Positions 24,201 to 25,943 of a stretch of 64,000 nt of DNA are shown here, one piece after another. Position numbers and translations under genes: made by a program. This DNA comes from Candidatus Omnitrophota bacterium (GTDB taxonomy: Bacteria > Omnitrophota > Gorgyraeia > Gorgyraeales > Gorgyraeaceae). The number at the start of each line of letters is the position of its first letter. Within the stretch, counting starts at the first letter, position 1. The stretch is from the NCBI GenBank assembly GCA_042570105.1, contig JBHPHW010000001.1, positions 19,932-83,931 on the forward strand, given 5' to 3'. Below the pieces are notes generated by a model, which did no database searches, had not been told where the DNA came from, and saw only the letters and a list, made by a program, of their open reading frames with translations.

Positions 24201-25861
24201 GAATTGAGTTATTAGAAGAAGAACAAGAGAGGGTTTTGGAACTTATCGAGAGAGAAGTTGAAAGCGGTGTTTCTATTAAATATGTTGCAGAGAGAGCAGA
24301 AGAACCTTATTTAGCCGTAGGGTCATGGAAACCTTTTAAGATCTTTTTGAGAGGTGCTGATGGTAAGTCCATTACTGATTTGAAACCTTATAAAGAATTA
24401 GAAGACTTAGCTAATAGGGATCCAGAAAAGTTTTTACAGGAACTCAAGAAGCTCATCGCCCAAGGAGAAGTCTTTCTGGGGGGATGGCGCCTAGATTACG
24501 AATTGAATCCTGAAAAACTTAACTGGTTACAGTCTTATGTATCAGGCCTGCCGCAGCTACCGTGGCGCGTGGAGATTGATAAACTTCCTGCCAGAAAGAT
24601 CCTTGCATCACTCAATCTTTTAGAATCCGAAAATATACCTGGCGTAACACTTGAACGTGAATGGGAAGAGGAAGAGATGGGCTTGCAAGTTAAGAGGTTT
24701 AAGCTTCCCAAAAGGCACACTGTCGAAGTAGCTACAGAAGGAATTGAAATCCTCCAACAAGAACTGGCAGATCCAAGAAAAGTACAACTTACAACCTTTG
24801 ATTTCCTTTATAGCCCTGAAGGCTATCTAGTTGCAGTCTTCCCAGTTATTTCTCAAGAAAGGACCAGCTTGTCTCCTGCGGACAAAGAGATCAGTGATAT
24901 GAACCTCAGGTATCTTAATCTTTCTCGATATTACTTTGAAATTCCTCCGCTTAAAGGCCCTAGGGCAGAAGAATTATGGGCAAAATATGTAAAAGAACAG
25001 CCTGAATTAGAAAAGAAGATACAGGTCTATCGAGACTCAAACTTTGGATCACTTGATATAATAGATCTACCTTCAGGTACGTCGCTTCATATTCCTTACT
25101 TAGTATTAAGTGCTGATATATCGGAAGGAGAAGTAATGCTAGATGCATTTGATCCTGATTTTGAGTCTGAAGAAGAGCCAGAAATTAAATACGAGAAGAC
25201 TATGATATTACCATTTCCTACAACTTGCGAACTTAATATTGATGAGGATGAAGGATATTTTAGGGCACTTCTCACGAGACTCGGATTGTACGAAGGAGCA
25301 GATGTTCTAGTGGTAGGACCTGGGACAGGGATTGATACGTGGCTTGCATGGCTTAAGACAAAAAATAAGATTGATGTTATTGGAATAAATCCACTCGAGG
25401 TTGCAGATACAGAATTGACCGCAGAATATTCAGGATTTGAAGTTGAGACAATTGTTGGCGACAACATAATTGATGAAAAAGGGGATCCGCGTTTTAATCG
25501 GAAATACGATTTTGTAATCTGGAACATGCCTGCATTTGGATCACTTTCAGGAATACGTAATGGATCGATTGAGAAAACTTCCTTGTTGCAATACCATGAT
25601 GGTGATGTAGATGGAGCAATGTTACGTCGTTTTGCAAAAGGTCTTCATAAAGTGCTTAAACCAGGTGGTAGAGCCTTGATATGGAATGCATTTGAAACTT
25701 TAGAACCTTTTGAAATTCTCAAATCAGAAGGGATTAAGGTTGAAAAACTTAATAGAGATGCATATTTACTTACTATTAATGAAGAGGCATTTACGCATAT
25801 AAATAGCGAAGGTATTGGTGAAAAAGTTACCAGAACCGCTGAAAGGAGAACATGCATATAA
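1..25861 (+). CDS. Giant multidomain membrane protein, 5'-partial. Reading frame 2 is open from nt 2, so the gene starts upstream of the window. At least 8619 aa are encoded here: MTase tail, Cro/C1-HTH repeats, kinase-like motifs, DedA-like TM domain, about 16 winged-helix plus 4 LuxR-type HTH, 62-aa NWW repeats, ATP-grasp-like, GNAT-like, C-terminal SAM-MTase.
   Basis: Six-frame track ORF 71..25861 (8596 aa); my translation of nt 2-70 in the same frame (QGLNDIIGRVEKVLPYINDNSFDLV...) has no stop; stop TAA at 25859-25861. A 25.8-kb open frame in roughly 40% GC DNA cannot arise by chance. Domain calls are from motifs read in the translation (see sub-features). Confidence 0.9.
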   Translation, partial: QGLNDIIGRVEKVLPYINDNSFDLVTMVNTFGIMGRERYGEPIDQEWLMKEIARILKPGSFVAILDPFRDITINKQEESAIKAGLDIVHSKIHSHPHHSENVLVACKFPLVTQEGQIEDGKVEVAFDYLFNLVGFSTKLRRVREYGKTLRDLIDNLEVKYSDIRRRILDSEGDLREVIIISRNGEVLERAKALDTELNPGDVVQIFHRVGGGSGTELEADLTESLYELTGIEKRIWQHAIKELKPEEIALLDERLNSPGLVGPLLIHFYLDTYVARDNGIEKLAVLALDYLAQEDIDIEAVIRDEHKEEFEQVRRLYLWYQWRIIDGKYIEYYNSEEIARMSGVSVDIVNSYKDMIRRHLVWMYSLNWVVRCRERIRAKARTRGWSEEKLREELGVSEERYGYIGWVAERIWPSYVKKASEIFRKEVSFLMYGGGRAEVLDRLPIGSRIRLLRYEKGLTREELALRYEGNARLIGDWESGIRIPNPNNMKQLAEALGVEVSEVMYGLERSEALKVLTMGGRIELFRYERGLSQRALESECDIRVNGTVGAWEKGRGIHRADEVKKLAEVLGVEVSEILHGLERSEALKVLTPGDRVELFRHEKGLAKGKLASMMKGIPLPERTKKLAEILGVDVSEILYGLERSEVLKVLTLGKQIRLFRNEEGLTQGMLASRCDVNDSTVERWEMDIRTPEPDNMEKLVEIFPELSQIGESGTDGSPIVIADWDTQVEEGLKRLLFTPVFEDNEALWQKALTLLRTDPPHSLRSLYQTFQRVLNKKGFPFGKFQETYRGRINFTEELQPPVLKPWQETERPSLDTIAYVKLQQRKLLHAVWRRLPYILHADPESQFEIVISTMGENDILDLPRREDVLWVDVLLKGDTPLYRELNAKLPGLDYEQLQGSLGIIKLIAATNEHNEPVLIAPWIGVNPGIWKWASRERSQVEGWHREALTALELLKDQIGVKEILIPTSTQMKALPPLQQKINDHPPFENVLGLHYSRPSPQHKEVTRTVTLWNNEAEMTAKFWSTVSDGSEGRVAPLIPQWKPHHIDERITAFTRKAKLHMSGIFTEKEIDSVIQRFEIIDESLYRRHFSLITVESSSPGDEESPSENALYLLQVAPTLLGVRPKSYVLVDWRAGESFSDIEKWILQLNALAPLLLHVNRELALNVPFGQSLIVVRDSVINERLNDLIRSSGWGRGISYKEEEYEYWAKEGFPSLYVDLMRERTRLDQSKPSTGIWSRWLEGVGVPEIDTLSDAETVLLQRELDRFDATLELMADYLREVWGVPIDFRRLPRLLGKTATRRRTRVVPRISLPKQQTSDPVTDSSESSYSRLSSDRRFSVDSILIDSHQEQVREILAGFILGEISEVEAIDRIIALGIDRGLAEAYTLQVQSPLMMLGGKEPDPAGGTIGTAVVPLDILPDTAGEPETDFSDSSEWETPLLWLGHVLNLYDSKSFMRKGRDVSDRRISETAHGFDGLHFDKNKEDALYEYYKLCLEWEQGLVDSEAIDKFLSELWEKEKLIKELSKEDNWYLFSALRDERQRFISISCAEHWYRNMGIRLGGLENKIAKTCLEMMKKDMGSFSMVILPLVTSIISHMPPPGLEDSEGLAVISEVSFWQSSSQDRRLRSIFMQFYHFVPHGIWADYLEKLSKHLSPNEARPIIKRAVDILEKIWRGQQKIDEDLEGQILPLSEEEWSREVFMFYLFLALEEGCSRGDIERLVVRTIINPETLRIFPQKELERLEAILNEIKERGVPPKWAEGLLERQTHLEAEINRRSGKSSQDNVSAQETPDGFVVKGKAFFNIAWRHQFVQKLDVIFEKPIRHATREVMLKSSLEFLSEVVEKRSLDPVERGSLLEWMNAPYLSLSSHYLIVSVFLKDFKARAKERAIPEENIPSIIQDIRERNTLVADLPGSDVTANDRLEYFRQNLGESSDLIPFGWGYVACSGIQDPTIYFLDPQGYISLQSFNLKWALEKNFDVPYPVLQAYPEWDIGSLSGWWIEAEDFEKLVPKLLEVKDSAPEEIKEQLERLRQEIIERCNDSPYLTWEGSIGVIHGLLRQYPGWKDGEGLLKELREMPRAPNGTQDNEIAFFHIFGDGHAQRLPDVLNMKHCSRDWRLYGQMGKPKFKIEARWGLDGRCRATLGGRAYIGGSGPRTYRFSFKDGDFTTEKTLDAMWVRLWPHEKEHKLLVTSNRGMTLFVRDEQDVKVLWELPLAMQVVDRVRWIGEGDRLSWLLVETPDKVFIVDARTGEIKERFHLPIKGVDIECDFEDEDYKYLYLTVHTHNLAGGHITEEGIQYGPVWSVDLLKMAEEEGEVRQSPLPVTPRVIEKLRQALKEVNVDTTSLTDEQIEQLYRIIRHRERRPKQHLRQIADLTRGSSLGWNVSMRQRVRDVLADFAKTALTENLTGRQLQEIGAGQQVRVLTGQGLDYVIKVQRYREEIRATYDRMDVDPQSFEYQFAVRRTFEGYQEGNRTAEEILKDTGTILEIESLASHGVSLTFTNKAGEQETVSPDSFEVQKRADYTGGEMLERLINEGRIDEAKQLLTDFFELNHKLWRLGVLLYDFNILENIGVMVDADGQFQLYLMDFGATLRESPLTHRWVNTLFPTGFFMGGDTIFGRSPHIVVLKDELRRFGDTNGEVFSHWVKLVREYLTIGQFNAIWRIDVVDQGIVDEKHPISSSWTRKAMVTSGLGAVISAGLIGLASQLPELKNILYIILPVLGVSFIFTNGILYALHRNLRRLEDQISTGTIRAGPHSLIRPFHNALPSEENSPYLAYANSGILYVNKGALTNLNPILQYAVYLHELTIHIIPYILWGIFCDLLWIKRGIREVKIGQVHLITARHFDNRTINEFRLALDKCQNKKEVLGLLEKYQPLLEGTERAVEQILQYVKQGKKVAVGVEQDPSALKEILQEMPENIANLRIIMQRKRIDWTDANSDIFEKIISIYSKIAGVLYFSHKELLDSGQVELIGLDSDRLRNVPSIVTDDARGQAIALLGTLSQMSMEVVEEELEIRDAHMSKKILSYYKNPDKSDVTFVVLLGSRHFRRMKNNLIVLGLHELVDWYALQPGEVSARWIRKAKDLLLELSQYGWLGMGYLKDLSPDVIIKLSRAIYVHRKKESNDFEGSEVVERFWKNSHITYEYAERFGEVYAYWYAQLDDAKKSGKLIKLPTFGEDDEVLDIGSGLSGLNIIENWDSPARITLLGNDPFVIAMLMTAKRIYGRNNIKIVYSYVNEWRFPEDTFTYIRADKILPYLSEEERERLFEEVYSALRNGGTFASVNITDDLDLPEECASSLRELGLDAVVRPLPYEFDEISDAIKVGIFAVKKSGGIIDSQLSERGRKLVEWVEESQGVDVTELREWLDFTKIRNEAQGGFVILDWTTFWGLSWGSLSSLIKTIVSDNLEPLDDALRREKQYIVSSAEKALHEAIKNAEIWGSDHLPGHLAIVTWHIAPDGLTFHIIDEAVGQSDTELESPRLVPGSRPLPSDGWIGDGEGIRQIEQLGFSVEAHAIVKDGSRLGTDVILRKNFVARKGQISSRLKRFLIVPSVVIAGLFLSGFTGDYEDVLNLVLGIFSAVVLIGAWGYILSPKLVEWWGHFWDWFKGYYLQIGIVLLVIGVSFPIFLYQGNIKEVMGEFGYLGAFLISMVNNLTVIVPGPGILAAISLATEFNPWLIAFLAGLGATFGQVTSYGLGYSSEPVVKKVWGYKRISGGMRRWGGPFIFLMYLLPPVFPFADIAGIIAGTLRYPLLKYFLYCMPGNILKHIYLVWGGVLGWDALSPFLPDIFKLGSSSIESNMMAFLPFAGLFMVGGVLSGPTTKIAAERDENGVTVSLPGNGGKSKVRFSREEVLILTARGQSSEELAEETGIDLPSRILLLKRSIFSKLKEAWVAFDTLDDARDMYLSAIKRELLKKGYPEAIVNVAAMSETPWKEARRVLNEIQIRLDEGRSPSLALPWAIIYRSPRQAINLGTEIAMQEFLNEASSPERRNESIRFLRELERVAPEEDINMEIIRICSLSPETIEMFAREKSSDVFGDLIKDALSKPLLTPNQRRILNTVKENPGLIEAEISRRTGFMESTVTRNIRILESKRLVQTARVKGRVEVYLYGQVPEDALLTIDRILALLRKNPQQGLTIKAIARRIGVSKSTVRRNVDVLKSKGLVKIVKEGRGFRVYLPSKFQETAREKILNALREDPEKVLRKSTIGRKAGIPKTTVKRHIDILESEGLVRTKEVVGGIGVYLPDEVPEDILTTDEKILKALGEENDLTQEALSKKTGLHVDTVGSAVKRLEAKGLLKIEKSGIRNANRVHLKTDKDASLIKPAISGGSEESFVLQLPDGTAHIFAPGDRIRHPLYGNGIILEVVPDKDGVPGVNIEFSYSKEGQAKLSLCLELSALQGKLSPLERESGSLVKRENEDSLDDTERNILGLMAKGKTYREIAEETEIPVKKITTSIFSAIRRKFKTTSRGDPDLRLRTIIIGAKRGDIEDLNIANFVRRIDRLLIITRTLLNGQEDAIVAFMDEGFSNREIASELGIEEGEVEAHISNINRELKESIEEITEESILNLEETGTILPLSDLEREILRANGDSPREVAEELDKAGGQIESYWNSILVKFNVSTITEARKIFFVKIRGGLLEQGYPELIADGVARDKNPVKEARELLGRQEGFIEDGYPPRLASLLALKERDPENIIELGIEIAIQEFLEGRNSKCIEFLEGLMEEVSIEDITDKIRNICLRDLEILKGFSRIKQSTRFGDLIKSIIPDTPNQEKTLKIVQENPGLTAREIAGRTQAAIRTVNRHVKELKDKDLIETRRVGREVRVFLKGEVPADVLTYREKILKIVQENPGLIITEIARRTRIPGTTVRRHVEELESKDLIETRRVGIEVRVFLKGEVPADILTSRERILKILKENPGLTTTEIARRTQIPGTTVRRHVKDIESTDADREDAGGEESTPQPLVAVAGPGTWAPEGELVALVDSELPRGARQHHPENLFDDQIERMLYPEHQQRGGGSNATESHMTTLVDQVREGNPTAIQEAIALLKKTSSSLLDSQMNELEQAVCESLEIFFHEINPAFQEALREGTSFIEPATPPIGRYSYPIKRYRYPICCMASSGAMLQIVKERFGKDIEISAVRADIHKGSSEKHDWNELKIGSRRFYLSFTDHQFDRRLWVHNPRDRSKWYVNERDVQDYDDLSAEERDRLVVFEEITGIEEAFYKDHGLTFVEPNFNKFDNEDEIQRVIAFFYEISDQKELESTAAGESRDELAIAPRISEGIQERKSLTPLGQKMYDWWVALIHENPEKVYQIQLKKTIAQAVEVDPKTVFNNRAKVNQHLNADGYPIIPNNVADVIYNWWVALIKENPEKAYQVQFKEAIAKAIGVQPKTVSHNLAGINRRLKDDDHLVIPNKVADAVYNWWRIAIEEDPEKVYQIHYRKVIAQAVSVKENTITHYLTEVNQRLKNDGHLIIPNNAADAIYNWWFVLIAQDPEQAYQKQSRETIRKATRINIHSVSTNNLAKVNQRLESEGRPQIKVGRRSRAEESEQPERPLAITSARGREFHRLENGMLLPGPFTPQDIDPLSLLFGNRGTTTPHTNRGVPDVLSLDFLGLGGGRARGYQRKKYPSIAQSSHRPGGDRKFPIITGGSEPRIQGRSIPYSDEEKEILMAYGETIETINKELPHIVSRRIELLISSIEVKSDRSLLEAREDFLPIGDKLSRKGYSSNIIESVNQKIEEGYPESLAFPGAIMAQDPKRAAELGVAQAFREYWQTRNPKCMEFIRELSVISEEDVDNEIWKIYQTKTREMLRFIRIIVMIFPAFIPRARKRKILGFVKENPGAEQREIEKELKIPSSSLSKDIDELEEEGLIEKRRAGGQNRIYPKGKVPDIVLPRIQERILNVIKEKPGLIGADIGRELDIPWFNVGYNIRRLEKRRLIKKVEVRGEARIYLEGETPETALTKREEEILRLVREKPGLTHAEIARRIGLTPITIKINTERLEELDLVERVKLLKWDRIYPKGEVPEVPLIERQKRIYRAIQDNPGISQRELEEKAKVTEGTVRRDLKKLKEVGLVRMFRVGRGYRIYPEDKAPESPLTVIQETILEDVKKNRGTTQAAIAKRTGYKNGVVSSNLRKLEEIGKVEILRTGLGTRVYLKGRAPKVSLTQREERILRLVRRNHGLTLKEIDERLRIPRGTTNYNVKKLEQSGEVETIEVEGKIKVYPKGKVPKVVLSKRQSEIFDIVKETPGITRPELARRVEITGAALDKHRARLEQKGLIEIVRVEKEIRIYEKGKAPKTPITTNQETILEVARDFPGLTYEEIFQLGLFAFINTVGGVARRLRAKGLVRIIRDGQTMRVYSTEEGETILEHLKPIKSLPASVVYHGLSITVREFIDTLEIKDKILDDQGNLKVNIYINDEAARLDSLIENDDKVSIMSIGAKSDKGSSATFSLGGTWMLVRLISLAAMIALFTLPVSWRGLGFATIIAMVDLDQFCAAVDPRIVRLFSGRGNRGLLRPFSNAEPLDQLEVSERTIKHGIYNGKPTISLVKDGKIYADKDKLSHIGPYNQLLIYIHELFHKLLWFGEGRHWKELFANIGVASFLLVKNVAPLLLILIFTDITNMLALIPLIITPILSHKFFSAIAARWTVGRVTLIAGKDLEEKIKEVVSLMKSREYDRALQIINPLIEEHRRYILSELRAEASNGLQRSIAERLSSEIDFNLPLKDQAVFDAVSMMARHGAYSRYSSVTMENLGSLMVFHDLSLHLKENGMISNSNDLKELYDGFLQPYRYATAGVPVLNIAARIKPFSLDLMNHMSEEFYMYCWRAIRAQRNYILRAVDHIWNSLVGVFLVVRNLIQVSLVSHKIRRKIEERNAMVAQILLSHLGEDSGFKTRISRLKNAPDVLGSLYKSEPIDFAALLALVDTSGFYYSAPSVATEHEKGQIVRKGKEIVNIGVDASMYHPLDVDYLSLLEEGHNRDDANMVLIHDSSKVSIKKVNGKKVISVSEGIMFHNRALKLVRFDEPLTLHYIANFQGGIDGYISKVNVPSCGHSSITDYTEEKDISDLILRESGISLPETSAIIVRDSGVASLVERRKNADNVYIMTQEDHKEMREFDDPTFRGRIKEMLIGFLKGHKLEEAVLKPNRAAHGDDVLFFDEQNLDEATDKALQLLQAGQNIIMQERIKPPFVMEEDGPKDWNLRIFVSHDQHDQPIVSDMDNMLVRIDKEGDAVNISKTAKVCTIEEVASQLGISEIELGEIKEQVEEISIKAFQAIENAMRDDKVLGDSEHSTDLMGVDVMVVKEEGKWVVYMIEVNDFHSGGQGFLDRHLRELQAQGVTIAKDSIGKANRDFVATMVRRAQKYAGVVDFNPSIYRKIRAQLKRLRYSDAYSNKVFGELISRDRHMPNGDASRPDASSMEDQLELIKRDIEELVRKKTDRSDRTFNIYCVGIGQDTIGTTTILQILYETLLGRQKVLSESDKPKADPENCTVRIFRIDPREEVVEKAQAYFDEVMANPLESIGVNFGTLVVEAHCANALDPDQLSEVKRHIRSSHKKRWYQRNFDADYVFHRSLSYPNSMAQDPESALYKDLRSMSVEDMATFIDMFLQSYNVLLAFGKNGTHYIVEPGGIGHSRHLKDDRESYEVGVYRVPGTKIITRRELMSMTDDQDPQIPLGSIGDRATGILKVNNINAVRKMKLQNFQQAIEDSKAKTVKKLLDAAPLIKTEGLLPDGTEWRIEPFEKSDKRLLNEWFAYENRSLLIPVTTHYLRSFLRSGGFDYKFITINSEGEERIEGVLGHSHRFPSGWRYDLKGFKAWWPYIDIVELASWNRGRKRQIKGIASRLMAVTIRDYLFQGFDGRTLVCAETRDGRRLVSRIGFEPISHRGFFPHWYELTPEKALEFLEQQIKLESDKGDSAVNQTTEAKELVEPVDPNEIQTSPIGPSYQFVGDFSEKGSMLRAQVKSEVGLQYELSIERIPAESSIESILIHRDSYDYNLRYNGSQVMNIRVTNVDGKIYIGYIGRADRDRIHDGVYYMLFNIMLCDLKDRVGLDFNGLKVGGVMGLRYSNPRIAAGSNRFGIELLEEEQERVLELIEREVESGVSIKYVAERAEEPYLAVGSWKPFKIFLRGADGKSITDLKPYKELEDLANRDPEKFLQELKKLIAQGEVFLGGWRLDYELNPEKLNWLQSYVSGLPQLPWRVEIDKLPARKILASLNLLESENIPGVTLEREWEEEEMGLQVKRFKLPKRHTVEVATEGIEILQQELADPRKVQLTTFDFLYSPEGYLVAVFPVISQERTSLSPADKEISDMNLRYLNLSRYYFEIPPLKGPRAEELWAKYVKEQPELEKKIQVYRDSNFGSLDIIDLPSGTSLHIPYLVLSADISEGEVMLDAFDPDFESEEEPEIKYEKTMILPFPTTCELNIDEDEGYFRALLTRLGLYEGADVLVVGPGTGIDTWLAWLKTKNKIDVIGINPLEVADTELTAEYSGFEVETIVGDNIIDEKGDPRFNRKYDFVIWNMPAFGSLSGIRNGSIEKTSLLQYHDGDVDGAMLRRFAKGLHKVLKPGGRALIWNAFETLEPFEILKSEGIKVEKLNRDAYLLTINEEAFTHINSEGIGEKVTRTAERRTCI
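1340..2110 (+). repeat. Array of about 4 Cro/C1 (XRE)-type HTH repeats (62-75 aa units: LFRYEKGLTxxELA ... KKLAEvLGVEVSEILYGLERSEALKVL) within the giant ORF. Repeat cores are near-identical at DNA level (1505-1552, 1727-1774, 1907-1954).
   Basis: Protein repeats LLRYEKGLTREELALRYEG / LFRYERGLSQRALESECD / LFRHEKGLAKGKLASMMKG / LFRNEEGLTQGMLASRCD followed by conserved LAEALGVEVSEVMYGLERSEALKVLT. DNA 48-mers gag(g/a)t(a/t)(a/t)tgtatgg(t/c)(c/t)tagagagaag(c/t)gagg(c/t)attaaaggtatt(g/a)acc recur three times. Confidence 0.6.
7570..7790 (+). other. Protein-kinase-like (APH/choline-kinase-type) catalytic motif region inside the giant protein: DFNILENIGV (catalytic-loop-like D-x-x-x-x-N) followed 20 aa later by LMDFGATL (DFG-like).
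   Basis: Translation ...WRLGVLLYDFNILENIGVMVDADGQFQLYLMDFGATLRESP at about nt 7684-7770, compared with the PKL-fold pattern HgDlhpgNil...vIDfg.a. Confidence 0.35.
10620..11460 (+). other. Integral membrane region of the giant protein with a DedA/VTT (SNARE-associated, TVP38/TMEM41-like) domain preceded by 3-4 TM helices.
   Basis: Hydrophobic helices FLIVPSVVIAGLFLSGF, LVLGIFSAVVLIGAWGYIL, IGIVLLVIGVSFPIFL. Then YLGAFLISMVNNLTVIVPGPGILAAISLA ... FGQVTSYGLGY ... GGPFIFLMYLLPPVFPFADIAGIIAGTLRYPLLKYFLYCMPGNILKHIYLVWGG, collinear with YqjA/DedA motifs (N..F.PGD, G..VSY.LGR.LG, RF...R...P..AG). Confidence 0.5.
11540..11650 (+). other. LuxR/GerE-type HTH module 1 in the giant protein (LTARGQSSEELAEETGIDLPSRILLLKRSIFSKL).
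   Basis: Pattern L(T/S)xRExEvLxLxAxGxSnxEIAxxLxIsxxTVxxHxxNIxxKL read from translation. Confidence 0.5.
12150..12930 (+). repeat. Winged-helix (MarR/TrmB/ArsR-like) HTH array A: 4 tandem units of about 63 aa (ILxxVKENPGLxxxEIAxRxGxxxxTVxRxxxxLExKGLVxxxxxGRxxxxYL).
   Basis: Translation ILNTVKENPGLIEAEISRRTGFMESTVTRNIRILESKRLVQTARVKGRVEVYLYG; ILALLRKNPQQGLTIKAIARRIGVSKSTVRRNVDVLKSKGLVKIVKEGRGFRVYL; ILNALREDPEKVLRKSTIGRKAGIPKTTVKRHIDILESEGLVRTKEVVGGIGVYL; ILKALGEENDLTQEALSKKTGLHVDTVGSAVKRLEAKGLLKIEKSG. Confidence 0.6.
13255..13850 (+). repeat. Three further LuxR/GerE-type HTH modules (ERNILGLMAKGKTYREIAEETEIPVKKITTSIFSAIRRKF; DAIVAFMDEGFSNREIASELGIEEGEVEAHISNINRELK; EREILRANGDSPREVAEELDKAGGQIESYWNSILVKFN).
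   Basis: Three spaced copies of the ExxILxLxAxGxSxxEIAxxL...v...i...KL pattern in the translation. Confidence 0.5.
14285..14815 (+). repeat. Winged-helix HTH array B: 2.6 tandem copies of a 201-bp (67-aa) unit that is more than 90% identical at the nucleotide level. The unit encodes ILKIVQENPGL..EIARRT.IPGTTVRRHV.EL.SKDLIETRRVG.EVRVFLKGEVPAD.LT.RE.
   Basis: The DNA string cctaaaaata(g/c)ta(c/a)aagaaaacccaggattaa recurs at 14303, 14504 and 14705 (period 201). Downstream ...aaagatctgatcgagactcggagggtaggga(g/t)agaagttagagttt(t/c)tctgaaaggtgaagtcccggcagat occurs twice. Confidence 0.85.
15857..16600 (+). repeat. Four tandem copies of a 186-bp (62-aa) repeat encoding YNWWVALIxENPEKxYQxQxxxxIAxAxxVxxxTVxxxLAxxNxRLxxDGxxxIPNNvADaI. 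A possible additional HTH-like module of unknown family.
   Basis: ta(t/c)(g/a)a(c/t)tggtgg recurs at 15857, 16043, 16229 and 16415 (exact 186-bp period). The translation shows four collinear copies, each beginning NWW or DWW. Confidence 0.75.
17455..19090 (+). repeat. Winged-helix HTH array C: about 8-9 tandem units of 60-70 aa (RILxxVKEKPGLTxAEIARRxGLTxxTxxxxxxxLEExGLVExxxxxxxxRIYPKGxVPExxL).
   Basis: Translation shows successive ...KENPGAEQREIE..., ...KEKPGLIGADIG..., ...REKPGLTHAEIA..., ...QDNPGISQRELE..., ...KKNRGTTQAAIA..., ...RRNHGLTLKEID..., ...KETPGITRPELA..., ...RDFPGLTYEEIF... Each is followed by a basic wing (RxGRGxRIYP/VYL) and a (K)GxVPxxxLTxRExxIL linker. Confidence 0.6.
19330..19900 (+). 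other. Second transmembrane block of the giant protein (at least 3 predicted helices), followed at about 19660-19740 by an HExxH-like motif (IYIHELFHKLLW).
   Basis: Hydrophobic runs MLVRLISLAAMIALFTLPV, GFATIIAMV, IGVASFLLVKNVAPLLLILIFTDITNMLALIPLIITPIL. HELFH read at about 19690-19705. Confidence 0.4.
21400..21960 (+). other. ATP-grasp-like (RimK/glutathione-synthetase-type) domain inside the giant protein.
   Basis: IIMQERIKPPFVMEEDGPKDWNLRIFVSHDQ...ISEIELGEIKEQVEEISIKAFQAIE...DLMGVDVMVVKEEGKWVVYMIEVNDFHSGGQGF. The ending (GvD.mv...G...v.EVN..pg) is the characteristic ATP-grasp C-terminal strand-loop. Confidence 0.45.
23440..23640 (+). other. GNAT-acetyltransferase-like motif A region inside the giant protein.
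   Basis: WNRGRKRQIKGIASRLMAVTIRDYLFQGFDGRTLVCAETRDGRRLVSRIGFEP resembles the GNAT motif A (R/Q-x-x-G-x-G/A ... l.l.v...N..A..lY...GF). Confidence 0.3.
25290..25700 (+). other. C-terminal class-I SAM-dependent methyltransferase domain of the giant protein. Motif I is VLVVGPGTGID. The motif IV variant DFVIWNMPAF resembles the (D/N)PP(Y/F) of amino-MTases (N6-adenine / N5-glutamine type). Post-motif LKPGGRALI.
   Basis: Translation ...YEGADVLVVGPGTGIDTWLAWLKTKNKIDVIGINPLEV...RKYDFVIWNMPAFGSL...GLHKVLKPGGRALIWNAFE. Confidence 0.5.
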
Positions 25862-25943
25862 AAAACTTTAGAAAAAACTTTAAAAATTTGAAACATTGTG
25901 GTAGACTTGTTGCATTAAGTAACGCCACGGAAGGAGGTGAAAC

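Noticed and set aside
1-25861. Giant ORF as an assembly chimera of several genes
   Set aside because: This cannot be excluded without reads. However, the frame stays open through unique non-repeat segments as well as repeats, and a chance 8,600-codon open frame at this AT content is essentially impossible. A real giant gene is the simplest reading, and long-read verification is flagged in the findings.
25862-25943. Promoter for the PilZ gene (TTGAAA at about 25888)
   Set aside because: No acceptable -10 hexamer at 16-18 bp spacing (tagact is only 9 bp away). The strong SD ggaaggaggtg could serve translational coupling or read-through from the giant gene. Left uncalled.
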